Shown in pieces: positions 9,313 to 20,218 of a stretch of DNA of 64,000 bases (the stretch's first letter is position 1; each line of letters begins with the position of its first letter). Source of the stretch: Coleofasciculus sp. B1-GNL1-01 (GTDB taxonomy: Bacteria > Cyanobacteriota > Cyanobacteriia > Cyanobacteriales > Coleofasciculaceae); assembly GCA_040220235.1 (NCBI GenBank), contig JAVJTO010000082.1; one strand, given 5' to 3'. The notes beneath the pieces are model-generated. The model did not search any database. It was not told where the DNA came from and saw nothing but the letters and a program-made list of their open reading frames with translations. The translations under genes were made by a program, and so were the position numbers.

Positions 9313-11949
9313 TTACTGATTTAACAGATAGTCGGTGTCCGAGCGAAGCGTGTCTGCATTCAATTGTTGTTCGAGTGCTCTGTACTTAGCCTCCCGAACT
9401 TTTCCATCTTCCACGACATTATCCCAGCCGCGTTTAGCGTCCCTTAGCGCCTCTAGTACTGCCATATTGGAATTCGTAACTCTCGGTACATCCTGTGTAA
9501 TTCTCACTGCCCACTCAAGCGTTGTCTCACCTGGTCTTTGCTGAAGTTCTGGCGATACACCTACCAATTTTCCGCCAAGGGGACCTGGTGAGGTAAGTGG
9601 GGAGTTAAGTATCTGATCAACCCTGTTCCCTAAAGTTATTTGTAGTGCATCATTAAAATCTGTCGCTTCAGGAACTAACTCATTGAGCAATTGTTGACCA
9701 AGCTCAGATATTCTGATACCTAAATCACCTATATTATTGATGTTGAGATTACCACCATTGATTAGCGTGGTAAGGGCAGTAATATTTTCGGTAAAGTCAC
9801 CAGAGGAACTAGTACCTACCGTTCCTATAGAAACCAAAGAGCCACCAGAATTAGAAGTTCCCGTTACGCTGATTACTGGAACACCTGGGGGAGTGCCAAG
9901 TTGGTCACGCTCGAAATTTGTACCAAAGTGAGTTTCGGGACCTCCGGTGAGGACAACACCATTCAGCGTAATAGTTGCTCTTTCAGGGCTCTTAGCAGTT
10001 ATTTCGTCTGTGACTGTAATACCGTTAGTAGCATTGACAGTAATATCACCTGCCCTTCCTGAAAGCTTGTTAGTTCTGATTCCGCTGGCACTGAAGCTGC
10101 CGCCAGTCACATTAATGGTAATATCGCCTCCTGTCGGATCGTAAGCATTAAACGACGATGACATAACATTAGAGGCAATAGTAATGTCACCATTGGTAGC
10201 ACTGAGGTTAATTTCACGGCTTTCCCCCTTCAACAGCGTAATCGCATACACCCTTCTCGCCGAGATTCCCCCATTAGTGGCGGTTACACTAACTGAACCG
10301 CTATCATAATCACCAAGTGGAAAAGAATGAAAAGGATTAATAACGCCAGCCGTGATGCTAGCAGCAGCAATTGTCAAGTCTCTGGCACGAGCGTCGAGGG
10401 TATCACTCTCAGCCATTGTAAAAGCGCCACCTGCCTCAAAGGTAATTGACCCACTACCTCGCTGAAACCTTAGCATCCCGTCCTGCATCGGCTCAATGGT
10501 AATCGTATTATCCGCCTGCAACAGGACATTAGTATTACCTGACAGACTTTCTAACTGATTCTCGCTAATTGTCGTCGGTTCTGCATCAGCAAACATCACC
10601 TGACCGCTAAACCCACCAGGAGTCCCCCCAGCCGTAATCGTGATATCCGTGGGGTCAAGCAGTAACGTTCCACCGTCTCCATTAATCGCACTGGTATCAA
10701 CCGTCCCAGCAAACTGCAAATTCTCCTTCCCCGATACCTCAACAAAACCCCCATCTCCAGCTACTGCACCACCACGGCTGCTGATATCACCAAAAAACTG
10801 AGTCGTATCATCTGCCCAAAGCACGACAGTTCCGCCATAGCCGTTGGTCAAAGCATCCGCTTGAATCGTGGAATTCTGATTAACAAAAGTTCGTTCGGCG
10901 TTGAAAACCTCACCTTGACCCTGATAGTCACCACCGACTAAAACCGTACCCCCACCATTACTACCCGAAGCATCAATTTCTGCATCAACCAAACCCACAC
11001 GCTGCCCTAAAATGTGAACCGTTCCCCCGGTTTCACTGCTAGCCGTATCAATACTTCCAGAAACAATCGTCGTTCCCGTTTCTGTCGGAATGGGCTGATT
11101 TGAAGCCGCTAACCAAACTTGACCCTGCTCATCAACTTGAATTTCGGTTGCTGGAACTATATCCCCACCTGTTACCAATTGTCCTAGACTTGCTGGTGAA
11201 ATGTTGCCAACTCCGTTATCGTCTAAATCGGCTACATCCAGCTTTAAACCCAGCGCCATATTTTCTTGGTTAATCACCACTTGACTGGTTCCGGGTACAG
11301 AAGCAACGCTAATTGTTCCCCCTGGTGCAGAGAATGTCCCCGTGTTAATGACTTGTCCCGCAACAACCGTCAAACCTTGCCCTTCACCCACAGCCAAATC
11401 ACCTGCATTAATAATGCTTCCTGGCTGTTCCATGGCAAAGGAAAAATTAGTGGGATCACCCATGAGTGCTTGATAATTGTTGTCACCCACGGCATTAAAC
11501 TGACCCCCGTCAAACCCAATACTGCTGGCTGTCGTCGCCGTAAAAGCCGCCGGAACATTTAAACTCGCCTGAGTGCCAAAAACAATTCCAGCCGGATTCA
11601 TTAAAAACAGGTTAGAATTTCCCCCTGTCACCTGAATCAGCCCATTAATCAGGGATGCTTCCCCACCGACAACTCCTGCCAAAATGTTGCGAATTTCTGG
11701 GTTGGAGAGGAAGTTGGCGATTTCTCCTTGATTCAAGCCAAATTGCTCAAAGTGGTGGAAGAGATTGCTGCCATCTCCGGACAACATACCGCCGCTAATA
11801 TCAAGACTTTCACCATTAGGAGTAACGATGGTATTTGTCCCCTCAGCAGGTGTTATGGATTGAGCTTGAATCGGTTTACTATCAAGGCTCAGAGACAGTA
11901 ACGCTGTAGCGATCGCAAGGGACAATCTGACTGGTTGGAAGCTAGACAT
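9313..11949 (-). CDS. Filamentous haemagglutinin N-terminal (TPS) domain exoprotein (TpsA)
   Basis: NLFHHFEQF, NLFLMNPAGIVFG TPS motif, GGFVEVSG, GTLLLDP, Gly/Thr-rich beta-helix repeats. Confidence 0.9.
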   Translation of the reverse strand: MSSFQPVRLSLAIATALLSLSLDSKPIQAQSITPAEGTNTIVTPNGESLDISGGMLSGDGSNLFHHFEQFGLNQGEIANFLSNPEIRNILAGVVGGEASLINGLIQVTGGNSNLFLMNPAGIVFGTQASLNVPAAFTATTASSIGFDGGQFNAVGDNNYQALMGDPTNFSFAMEQPGSIINAGDLAVGEGQGLTVVAGQVINTGTFSAPGGTISVASVPGTSQVVINQENMALGLKLDVADLDDNGVGNISPASLGQLVTGGDIVPATEIQVDEQGQVWLAASNQPIPTETGTTIVSGSIDTASSETGGTVHILGQRVGLVDAEIDASGSNGGGTVLVGGDYQGQGEVFNAERTFVNQNSTIQADALTNGYGGTVVLWADDTTQFFGDISSRGGAVAGDGGFVEVSGKENLQFAGTVDTSAINGDGGTLLLDPTDITITAGGTPGGFSGQVMFADAEPTTISENQLESLSGNTNVLLQADNTITIEPMQDGMLRFQRGSGSITFEAGGAFTMAESDTLDARARDLTIAAASITAGVINPFHSFPLGDYDSGSVSVTATNGGISARRVYAITLLKGESREINLSATNGDITIASNVMSSSFNAYDPTGGDITINVTGGSFSASGIRTNKLSGRAGDITVNATNGITVTDEITAKSPERATITLNGVVLTGGPETHFGTNFERDQLGTPPGVPVISVTGTSNSGGSLVSIGTVGTSSSGDFTENITALTTLINGGNLNINNIGDLGIRISELGQQLLNELVPEATDFNDALQITLGNRVDQILNSPLTSPGPLGGKLVGVSPELQQRPGETTLEWAVRITQDVPRVTNSNMAVLEALRDAKRGWDNVVEDGKVREAKYRALEQQLNADTLRSDTDYLLNQ

Positions 11950-12177
11950 AATGCATTCCTCATTCCTCAGTACTTCTCTTCAACCGTAGCATAAACTTTT
12001 TGGGATTGAGCCGGATTAATTAAGGCGCAAGCGTTTTTTGTTGGAGGTCACGTCATCTTTAGATTTAGATAGAGATGAGCATGGAAAGGCACGCCTTAGT
12101 CAAACCCTATTGTCTCACAGATTTCTTGCCAAGAATCTTAACAATATCTTAAAATACATGGGGGCGAATTCAGAGGG

Positions 12178-12231
12178 CTAATTGGCGAAAACCCTTATGT
12201 ATTAAGGGTTGATGCTTATATCGCCAATTAG
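12178..12231. terminator. Hairpin downstream of the response regulator gene, possible terminator or repeat
   Basis: CTAATTGGCGA...TCGCCAATTAG inverted repeat with inner AACCCTTA/TAAGGGTT. Confidence 0.4.
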
Positions 12232-12247
12232 GATGGGGGACTACAGG

Positions 12248-12631
12248 TTAATACTCCAATCCCAGAATTTCATAGGATTTTTCGACAACTTCATCGGGAT
12301 CAAACGGCTTAGTCATATACAAATCCGCCCCGACTTGTTGTCCTTTTTCCTTATCAAACTCTTGCCCCTTTGCCGTTAACATAATAATGTAGACATCTTT
12401 AATATCCAGATTATTTTTAACCGCATAACAGACATCAAAACCATTCATTTTCGGCATCATCACATCCAGAAACACTAAATCCGGTTTTTCCAGTTTAATG
12501 GTTTCAATTGCCTCTTCCCCATTTTCCGCAATCAGGACTTCTACGCCTTCGTCTTCCAGTTCCTCTAAAGTTTGTGCCATTAACAGGCGAATATGCGGTT
12601 CATCATCAACAATCAAGATTTTCTTGTCCAT
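12248..12631 (-). CDS. Single-domain response regulator
   Basis: ILIVDDE, FLDVMMP, LTAKG, TKPFD. Confidence 0.95.
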   Translation of the reverse strand: MDKKILIVDDEPHIRLLMAQTLEELEDEGVEVLIAENGEEAIETIKLEKPDLVFLDVMMPKMNGFDVCYAVKNNLDIKDVYIIMLTAKGQEFDKEKGQQVGADLYMTKPFDPDEVVEKSYEILGLEY

Positions 12632-12632
12632 C

Positions 12633-14045
12633 TTAATAGATCACTTCAAATACATCGACAGGCTTTTTCTTCCCCTTAACTTGCACAGTGCCAACTTCTT
12701 TAAAATCAAACAGATTATAGGTGACATCATAGACACTGCGACACACCAAAATTTGTTCCCCTTTGGCAATGGATTGTAGACGAGAGGCAATATTGACCTT
12801 ATCCCCAATAGCAGTATAATCCATGTGCTGAGGAGAGCCAACATTTCCCACAATCACTTCCCCTGAACTGATACCAATTCCGGTAATAAAATTTTGACGA
12901 ATCCAAGGAACCGGAATGGCTTTGATCCGCTTTTGCATTTCAATTGCTGTTTTAATCGCACCTTTCTCACTGTAAACTAAGCGAGAGGGAGCGCCAAACA
13001 TTGCCACAATCATATCACCCACAAACTTATTGACCGTTCCGCCATAGCTGAAAATTACATCAACCATGTGGGTAAAATATTCATTCAAGTATTCGACGAT
13101 TAGTTCCGGAGGTAATTCCTCACATTTCGTCGTAAAATTTCTAATATCTGAAAATAAAATGGCAATATCCCGTTTAGCTGGCTCGAAGGAAAAATCATCT
13201 TTTTCTTCAAGGATGGCTTCAACGACTTTAGCCGAGACATAACGTTCGAGATTACTTTTAATCCGCTCTTCTTTTAGTTTTTGTTCATGCAACATCGCAT
13301 TTTCAATGGCAGATGCTGCTTGCGAGGCTAAAGCCGTCAATAACTTTAAATCAGCCGCCGTATAATTAATTGGCTCTTGATGACTAATATTAATCACCCC
13401 AATAATACCATCTTTGGTTTGCAGAGGAGCGCAAATCAGAGAATAAATTTGATTCCGACCTTCGACAAATCGAATATCTGCCTGCACATTATTAATAATT
13501 TCGGCTTTCCCCGTCAAAATTAAATTACCAGCGATTCCTTTCCCCAATGCCAAGGGCGCTTTTGGGTCATATTCTTGACCAATAGCAGCGACTAATTCAA
13601 ACTCACTCGTGTTGGGATTTAATAACATGAGTGAACCACTGGTGGCTTTAATTAAGCGGGTGGCTTCATCAATGATTAAGTTGGCGACTTGTTTAAGATC
13701 AAGGCAAGCGGTTAACCGTCCTGATATATTATAAAGCATGTTAATCTCTTTATATTTATCCAAGGTTTCCCGCGCCAACATTTTTTCCTGAATTTCTTTA
13801 TTGGCAATATAACTCAGGAGGGACGCTAACGATGCGGCTTTTTCACCCCCTGTGATCCAACCAATAATATCATCAGCCAGCTTTACCGGATAATTCCCCA
13901 GTTCCTTTTGACTTTCTTCACCAAAAAGGAGACGACCCTGGGTATCCTGAATCAGGATCGGTGTCTCCATGACCGCACTCATTTCCTTGATCAGAGATAA
14001 AACATCCTTTTTATTCAGCAACTTCTTTAGACTGATGGTTACCAT
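12633..14045 (-). CDS. GAF-domain class III adenylate/guanylate cyclase
   Basis: GAF region then ILFSDIRNFT, KFVGD, YTAIGDKVNIASRLQ, VKGK; start Met uncertain (14045 or 14057). Confidence 0.92.
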   Translation of the reverse strand: MVTISLKKLLNKKDVLSLIKEMSAVMETPILIQDTQGRLLFGEESQKELGNYPVKLADDIIGWITGGEKAASLASLLSYIANKEIQEKMLARETLDKYKEINMLYNISGRLTACLDLKQVANLIIDEATRLIKATSGSLMLLNPNTSEFELVAAIGQEYDPKAPLALGKGIAGNLILTGKAEIINNVQADIRFVEGRNQIYSLICAPLQTKDGIIGVINISHQEPINYTAADLKLLTALASQAASAIENAMLHEQKLKEERIKSNLERYVSAKVVEAILEEKDDFSFEPAKRDIAILFSDIRNFTTKCEELPPELIVEYLNEYFTHMVDVIFSYGGTVNKFVGDMIVAMFGAPSRLVYSEKGAIKTAIEMQKRIKAIPVPWIRQNFITGIGISSGEVIVGNVGSPQHMDYTAIGDKVNIASRLQSIAKGEQILVCRSVYDVTYNLFDFKEVGTVQVKGKKKPVDVFEVIY

Positions 14046-17000
14046 CTGCTTTTTCATTCGCTAATAAGAGAAAAAATACATTTTCCAGTCCCTTTTCAAA
14101 GCGTAGGGTTTTGACAATATTATATCGTTCCGACAACTCAGAATTGACGATAATCATATCCGGCTTAACGGAAATAGCTTTTTCTTTAAAATCCTCCCCA
14201 TCAAAGACCTCAATTACATTATATCCTCTGGTGGTTAGGACATCAGCCAGGGTTTTAACGGTGGATATATTTTCATCAACGACTAATATTTTCTTTTTAG
14301 AACTTCCTTGAGCAATTAAGGAATCAATTTCCTGGAGCAATTGTTCCGATTCAAAAGGTTTAGTGATATACTTGTCAATTCCTAATCGATATCCTCGTTC
14401 GTGGTCTTCAATAATGGACAAAATAATAATTGGAATGTCCATGGTTGATGGGTCATTTTTTAATACAGCAGCAACATCAAAGCCATTCATTTCCGGCATC
14501 ATCACATCCAGAGTAATTAGATCGGGTCGTTCTTGCTTAACGAGTGCGATCGCTTCTAGACCATCTTTGGCTTCCCGGACTTTATATCCCCGTGACTCAA
14601 GTTCTTGTCGCAACAGTTGACGAATTAAGGCTTCATTATCGACAACCAGTACTGTTTTATTGGGAGTCTTATTCGTAGATGAGTTGTCAGGAGTGACCGT
14701 TACTTGAAGCTGCTTAACCAATGTGTCCATATCCATCATATTCACTTGGACAGGTAGATTAGTATCAATGGGAAGAGTAAACGAAAATGTGCTTCCTTTT
14801 TTCAACTCACTTTCGACCCAAATTCTGCCACCATGATGTTCAACAATTTGCTTACATATCGGTAATCCTAGACCCGTCCCTTTCGGTTTATCGGTTAACG
14901 TATCCCCGACTTGCTTAAATTTTTCAAAGACTTGAGGCTGATCAGCAGGAGCAATACCCATACCTGTATCAATAACACTAATAATGATTTCACTATGCCT
15001 TTGCCTTGCTCGGCAGGTTATTGATCCTTTTTGAGTAAACTTAACAGCATTAGAAATTAAATTAATCAGAACTTGAATCAGTCTATCTTTATCTCCAGAG
15101 ATTTCTGGAAGCTCAGTTTCCACTTTTTTAATAAATTGAATGTGTTTAGTCTCAAATAACGAGGATGTCGCAGCAATTGCCCGTTCAATAATCTCGTGAA
15201 CCAACAACGGTTGCATATTCCAGTCAACTTTTCCGGCTTCCATTTTGGCAATATCGAGAACATCATTAATTAAAGCCGTTAACCGTTCTCCTTCCGAGAC
15301 AATAATAGTGACATTATCTTGAACTTGGCGAACAGTTCGATTAATTTTCTTGTTGTCGGTTTGGATTTGGGGAAAAATAACATCTTCGAGTTTTTTCTTG
15401 ATAATCTTGGTAAATCCCAAGACAGAAGTCAGCGGGGTTCTTAATTCGTGGGAAACGGTAGAGATAAAATCCGTTTTCATCTGATCCACTTCTTTTTCAA
15501 CAGTAATATCTCGAATCAGGATAACTGAACCAAGAAACTCCTCGACTGCACCATCAGCCAAAGCCACTTTATCAATGGCGGTAGCTACAGCTTTCCCAAT
15601 CCGTCCCCCCGCTAGATCAATTTCTGCGGTAAAGACTTCCCGGTGATGGTTTTGGGTTTGGGCGACTAATTCCACTAACTCGCTGCTTAATATATCTTGA
15701 CCTTTTTTATCCGTAATATCCAGTTCTCCTAACCCTAACATCCTGAGGAAAGCGGGATTGAACTGAGATATTTTTCCTTGAGTGTCGGTAACCAGTAAGC
15801 CATCGACTAAATTATTAATAATAGCTGTTAAATGAGCGGTTCTTTCTTCAACGCGACCTTCGAGAATTTGATTAATACTTTCAACATGCTGACGAGTATC
15901 TGCTTCAGTTTTCTGTAAGCGCTTGGCTTCTGATTCAGCTTGTTTTAAGAATTGTTCACGGACATAGACTTTAACCGCCATTGAATTGAACAGATTTGCC
16001 AAACGTCCTAACTCATCTTTGCGAGTATCATCCAGTTGAATATTCAAATCTCCAGCCGCAATTCGTTCCGTTGCTCCCATCAACTCAATTAAGGGATTCG
16101 TAACTTGGCGACGCAGGACAAAATAGAGGACTAACAGTTCAAGCACAAGTGCGACAATCCCTAACCCCAGAATAAATCCGGCTGTGTCCCGGGCGGGTTT
16201 GGCTAAAATTGACTGGGGAAAAACGGTAACTAAATACCAATCCGGTTCATCAATTCTGGCGACCGCTAAGTATTCATTATCTTTAGTATTTTCAATGATG
16301 ACTTGATTGGGGGTTATGTCTTTGACCAATTGAAAGATACGCTGAAGGTGGGGATCATCGGATTCAAGAATATTGAATTTCCCTTTTTTTTGTTTGATTT
16401 CCTCGATTTTATCAGGATGAACAATGAGATGACCATCCCCGCTAAAAAGAATATTATAACCGCCCTCAGTCTGATCCTGAATCAGACGATTCATTAGTTG
16501 ATTCAGAGTCAAATCATGTCCAATTGTGGCAATATGTTCCCCATCTAAATTAACAGGTGTTTTCACAGAGACAATCCAATCTTGAGCCTGCGGATCGTAG
16601 TAAAGTCCTGTCCATACCGTCTTTGACTCTGGATTGGTTTGGGTTTTGGCACCATAGGCTTTTTTCTCGTTTTGTAGATTAAGTTCAGTCGAAGCTCGTT
16701 GCACCCAGGGCGTTCTGGGCCAATAGATAGCGATAATATTGTCGGGGCTAGTAATGTAGGTATTGATAAAACGATGATGCCAAATTGAGCCATAGGTTGT
16801 GGTTAGGTTGTAAAAGGTAAGAACTCGCTGTCGAACCTCTGCATCAATGACTAAGTTTTCATCGATATAAACCCCCGCTTGCTCAAGGGTGTCGAACTTT
16901 TCCGGAGGCTGATCTTTTGGTCGATTGCGAATTACACCATCAGACCACTCGACAAAGAGTTGATTGAACTTAGTGTAGGAATTATAATCAGGGTCTTTTA

Positions 17001-17250
17001 GCTGCTTGAGTAATTCTTGTTTGAGAAGCGTATGATTATCTACAGCGATAGAGAAGAGAATACGTTCCCGTTCACCCCGTTCGTACACATACTTTTTGAC
17101 CCGTTCTAATGCCTCAGCTTCAAAAAACGACAAGGTGTGAAAATAACTCCACGTCGTTAATACAACAATAACTCCAGCAATCCTTAAGGCTACATTAACC
17201 AGCGTTCGCCGTGTGATAGATTGTTGCCCGGAAAAAATAGGAAAAGCCAT
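14011..17250 (-). CDS. Hybrid sensor histidine kinase (Cache-HAMP-PAS-HisKA-HATPase-REC-REC)
   Basis: Two TM helices around WTGLYYD Cache region, DELGRLA HAMP, SHELRTPL H-box, NAVKFT, GTGLGL, two receiver domains. Confidence 0.93.
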   Translation of the reverse strand: MAFPIFSGQQSITRRTLVNVALRIAGVIVVLTTWSYFHTLSFFEAEALERVKKYVYERGERERILFSIAVDNHTLLKQELLKQLKDPDYNSYTKFNQLFVEWSDGVIRNRPKDQPPEKFDTLEQAGVYIDENLVIDAEVRQRVLTFYNLTTTYGSIWHHRFINTYITSPDNIIAIYWPRTPWVQRASTELNLQNEKKAYGAKTQTNPESKTVWTGLYYDPQAQDWIVSVKTPVNLDGEHIATIGHDLTLNQLMNRLIQDQTEGGYNILFSGDGHLIVHPDKIEEIKQKKGKFNILESDDPHLQRIFQLVKDITPNQVIIENTKDNEYLAVARIDEPDWYLVTVFPQSILAKPARDTAGFILGLGIVALVLELLVLYFVLRRQVTNPLIELMGATERIAAGDLNIQLDDTRKDELGRLANLFNSMAVKVYVREQFLKQAESEAKRLQKTEADTRQHVESINQILEGRVEERTAHLTAIINNLVDGLLVTDTQGKISQFNPAFLRMLGLGELDITDKKGQDILSSELVELVAQTQNHHREVFTAEIDLAGGRIGKAVATAIDKVALADGAVEEFLGSVILIRDITVEKEVDQMKTDFISTVSHELRTPLTSVLGFTKIIKKKLEDVIFPQIQTDNKKINRTVRQVQDNVTIIVSEGERLTALINDVLDIAKMEAGKVDWNMQPLLVHEIIERAIAATSSLFETKHIQFIKKVETELPEISGDKDRLIQVLINLISNAVKFTQKGSITCRARQRHSEIIISVIDTGMGIAPADQPQVFEKFKQVGDTLTDKPKGTGLGLPICKQIVEHHGGRIWVESELKKGSTFSFTLPIDTNLPVQVNMMDMDTLVKQLQVTVTPDNSSTNKTPNKTVLVVDNEALIRQLLRQELESRGYKVREAKDGLEAIALVKQERPDLITLDVMMPEMNGFDVAAVLKNDPSTMDIPIIILSIIEDHERGYRLGIDKYITKPFESEQLLQEIDSLIAQGSSKKKILVVDENISTVKTLADVLTTRGYNVIEVFDGEDFKEKAISVKPDMIIVNSELSERYNIVKTLRFEKGLENVFFLLLANEKADGNHQSKEVAE

Positions 17251-17741
17251 TTTAGAGTGGGTGAAGGTTTAAGACAGACAGTTCTAACGTTGATGAGAGG
17301 GGGTGCGGGAAGCAAAGGAGCAGGGGTGGAGGGGCGCAGGGGAGATTTAACCTAATTATTTACATTGATTTAGATAAATTGTCTTTTGGATTTTGCACGA
17401 CCACCCAATTTTTTAATCGACTGAATAAGATTATGATGTTTCTTTAACAACAATTTTGTAACCACGAAGGCTGATGAAATTTTATTAATATCTACATCAT
17501 CTTGATCAGATATCCGGATGAGTAACCTGTTCAATTTATTTCACTCTCATCATCGCTAAAATATGGGTCAGCTAAGACGAATCAATTACGTATTGCCCGT
17601 TCCCTGTTCCCTATTCTCTGTTCCCTGACAACCCCTAAGATGCGCTGCACAGAGGACGCGCCCCCCTGTTGTGGGTTAAATTAAGAAATAGAAAATTGGA
17701 CGACTGACAACGATTGCTGCCGAACTGGGCGCAGTATTACC

Positions 17742-18275
17742 ATGAAACGCAATTTATCCCGCCAAGTCTTACCTGTATTCCTCGCGATCGCAGGAATTAT
17801 CTCATCTACCAGTATCTCCCATTCCCAGAGTGATCTGCCCTGCTACCTAGAAGACAGCAACGGCAATGTCATTGATCTGGGTCACCTTTGTGGTAGTGGT
17901 AGCAGTACACCCTCGGTGATTCGAGTTCCGATCAAACGCCGAGTTTCAGGAATTCCGGTCGTTGATGTCCAATTTAATGGCAACAGCCGTTTTGAAATGC
18001 TCTTCGATACAGGAGCGTCTGGGATTGCCATTACCCCCCAAATGGCACAAGTCTTAAACGTTGCGCCAGAAGGCATCGTTATCACCTCCACGGCGGGTGG
18101 CAAAGTCGAAGTTCCGCGAGGTCGCGTTAATTCTGTCGCCGTCGGCGGTATTGAAGTCACGAATCCGGAGGTGACGATTAATCAATACCTCGATATCGGA
18201 CTATTAGGACAAGGATTTTTTGGTGTCTATGATGTGACGATTAAGGAAAATGTGATCGAACTTAGATATCGGTAG
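17742..18275 (+). CDS. Secreted retropepsin-like aspartyl protease
   Basis: Signal peptide, CY...NGNVIDLGHLC motif, MLFDTGAS, GLLGQGF. Confidence 0.88.
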   Translation: MKRNLSRQVLPVFLAIAGIISSTSISHSQSDLPCYLEDSNGNVIDLGHLCGSGSSTPSVIRVPIKRRVSGIPVVDVQFNGNSRFEMLFDTGASGIAITPQMAQVLNVAPEGIVITSTAGGKVEVPRGRVNSVAVGGIEVTNPEVTINQYLDIGLLGQGFFGVYDVTIKENVIELRYR

Positions 18276-18419
18276 GGAGGAATGTTGAGGCAAGTAGGGG
18301 CGGATGCGAGGGAATTGGGTTTAGCTGTTGATGGTAACGTTGATTCAAAACCTACCCCCATCAAGTGCGATAATTATTTATTAAATGACCAATGACCAAT
18401 AACCAATACCCAATGATTA

Positions 18420-19277
18420 ATGACAAAGGACAAATTACCAATGATGTGGCAATCTTTCTGGAGTCGTCGTGTCTGGATCGCTTTATTCAGCACATTAACC
18501 CTACTCAACAGTGCATGTAGTAATGGTGAGGCGGATACGGTTTCAAGTCCGACTCCGACGCAAGCCGCCAGTCCGGTTTCCACCCCTTCCGCTTCTCCCT
18601 CGCCCAAACCGCAAGCCTCAAAACCCCAGCCGCCGTCACCCCCTCAATCAGATACCTACGAAGACGCCATTGATGTGGCGACAAGTGCAGTTACGATTAG
18701 TCAATCAGCGGTGAGTCGAGAGGATTGGAAATTAGTGGCGAATCGTTGGCAAGAAGCCATTGAGTTACTAAAAGCTGTACCCGCTTCCAGTCAGCACCAC
18801 TCAACCGCCCAACAAAAGCTATCTCAATACCAAAACCTGCTGGCGGATGCCAAACAGCGATCCACACCGCCACCACCGAAACCGAAACAAGGAGATAGTA
18901 GTCCCCAGTTTTTCTCAATACCGATTAAAGGAAAAGTTCGGGGTATTCCCATTATCGAAGTCACCTTTAATGGTCAACGGGAATTTGAAATGCTGTTTGA
19001 TACCGGGGCGACGAATACGCTAATCACCCAGACGATCGCGTCGTCGTTGAATTTAAAACCGGTTGGGTTCAGCCAAATGAGTGTAGCCGATGGCGCGGTT
19101 GTACAAATGCCAGTGGCGATTCTGGAGTCCATAGAAGTTGATGGTCGTCTGAAACGAGATCTTGAAGTCGCGATCGCACCGCCAGCTATGCCTGTTGGAC
19201 TGTTGGGACATGACTTTTTTGACGGCTATGACATCACCATCAAAGATACTGTGATTGAATTTCGCAAACGTTCATAA
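18420..19277 (+). CDS. Lipoprotein with helical domain and C-terminal retropepsin-like aspartyl protease
   Basis: Lipobox-like NSAC, Pro-rich linker, MLFDTGAT, GLLGHDFF; start may be 18441/18444. Confidence 0.88.
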   Translation: MTKDKLPMMWQSFWSRRVWIALFSTLTLLNSACSNGEADTVSSPTPTQAASPVSTPSASPSPKPQASKPQPPSPPQSDTYEDAIDVATSAVTISQSAVSREDWKLVANRWQEAIELLKAVPASSQHHSTAQQKLSQYQNLLADAKQRSTPPPPKPKQGDSSPQFFSIPIKGKVRGIPIIEVTFNGQREFEMLFDTGATNTLITQTIASSLNLKPVGFSQMSVADGAVVQMPVAILESIEVDGRLKRDLEVAIAPPAMPVGLLGHDFFDGYDITIKDTVIEFRKRS

Positions 19278-19350
19278 GTGGGTTGTCCTTTGTCCTTCGT
19301 CCTTTGTCCTTTGTAAGGGTTTAAATTAAAGAAGTATTCTACATAAGACG

Positions 19351-19434
19351 AATGACCAATGACCAATGACCAATGACCAATGACCAATGACCAATGACCA
19401 ATGACCAATGACCAATGACCAATGACCAATGACC
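19351..19434. repeat. STRR heptamer array (AATGACC x12)
   Basis: Perfect tandem heptamer running into the ATG at 19436; related arrays near 18385, 26332-26420, 29917 and 43128. Confidence 0.95.
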
Positions 19435-19435
19435 A

Positions 19436-20218
19436 ATGCCAAATCCATTTCCGGGGATGAACCCCTACCTCGAACAAGCCGACTATTGGTCAGATTTTCA
19501 CAACCAATTGATTGCGGCATTAGCGAGAACACTGATTCCCAAGCTATTGCCCAAATATCGGGTAGTCACAGACAAGTGGGTGTATAAAATTGCTGGATCG
19601 AGTGCGATCGCCATTGGTAGACCTGATCTTACCGTGCAGCAGCGCCGCACCCAGACATCACCCATCTCGACAATTACCACGCGATCGCAATCCACTGTTC
19701 AACCGATTCAGGTGGCTGTTCCCCTCCGCCAAGAAGTACGGCAATCTTATATTCAAGTGAAAGATGCCGCCACAAAAGAGGTTGTCACGGCAATTGAAGT
19801 GCTATCTCCCGCTAACAAAGTCGGAGACGGTCGCCAAAAATACATAGCCAAACGGCAACGGGTGCTTGAAAGTCTAACGCATCTAGTCGAAATTGACTTA
19901 TTGCGACAAGGGCAAGCTTTACCTCTAGAAAACGATAGCATTCACAGCCATTATTGTATTTTAATCAGCCGCGCCAATACTCGTCCTTGGGCAGATTTAT
20001 ACCCGTTCAATCTCCGCGATCGCATTCCCCCTTTCTCACTTCCTTTACGCCCTGAGGACAGTGAACCCGTGGTTGATATACAAACGTTGATTAATGAACT
20101 CTACGAACAGTTAGGATATGACTATTTTATCGATTATAGTAACAGTCCCCCGTCACCTTGGTCTCTGTCTGATGTAGAATTTTGGCTTAATTTACCATCC
20201 AACTTTGGTGACGATTAA
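19436..20218 (+). CDS. DUF4058 family (restriction-endonuclease-like) protein
   Basis: MPNPFPGMNPYLE start, AIEVLSPANK, HLVEIDLLR. Confidence 0.9.
   Translation: MPNPFPGMNPYLEQADYWSDFHNQLIAALARTLIPKLLPKYRVVTDKWVYKIAGSSAIAIGRPDLTVQQRRTQTSPISTITTRSQSTVQPIQVAVPLRQEVRQSYIQVKDAATKEVVTAIEVLSPANKVGDGRQKYIAKRQRVLESLTHLVEIDLLRQGQALPLENDSIHSHYCILISRANTRPWADLYPFNLRDRIPPFSLPLRPEDSEPVVDIQTLINELYEQLGYDYFIDYSNSPPSPWSLSDVEFWLNLPSNFGDD

Noticed and set aside
19226..19532. ORFs with WSLVIGH repeats
   Set aside because: Translation artefacts of the STRR heptamer array
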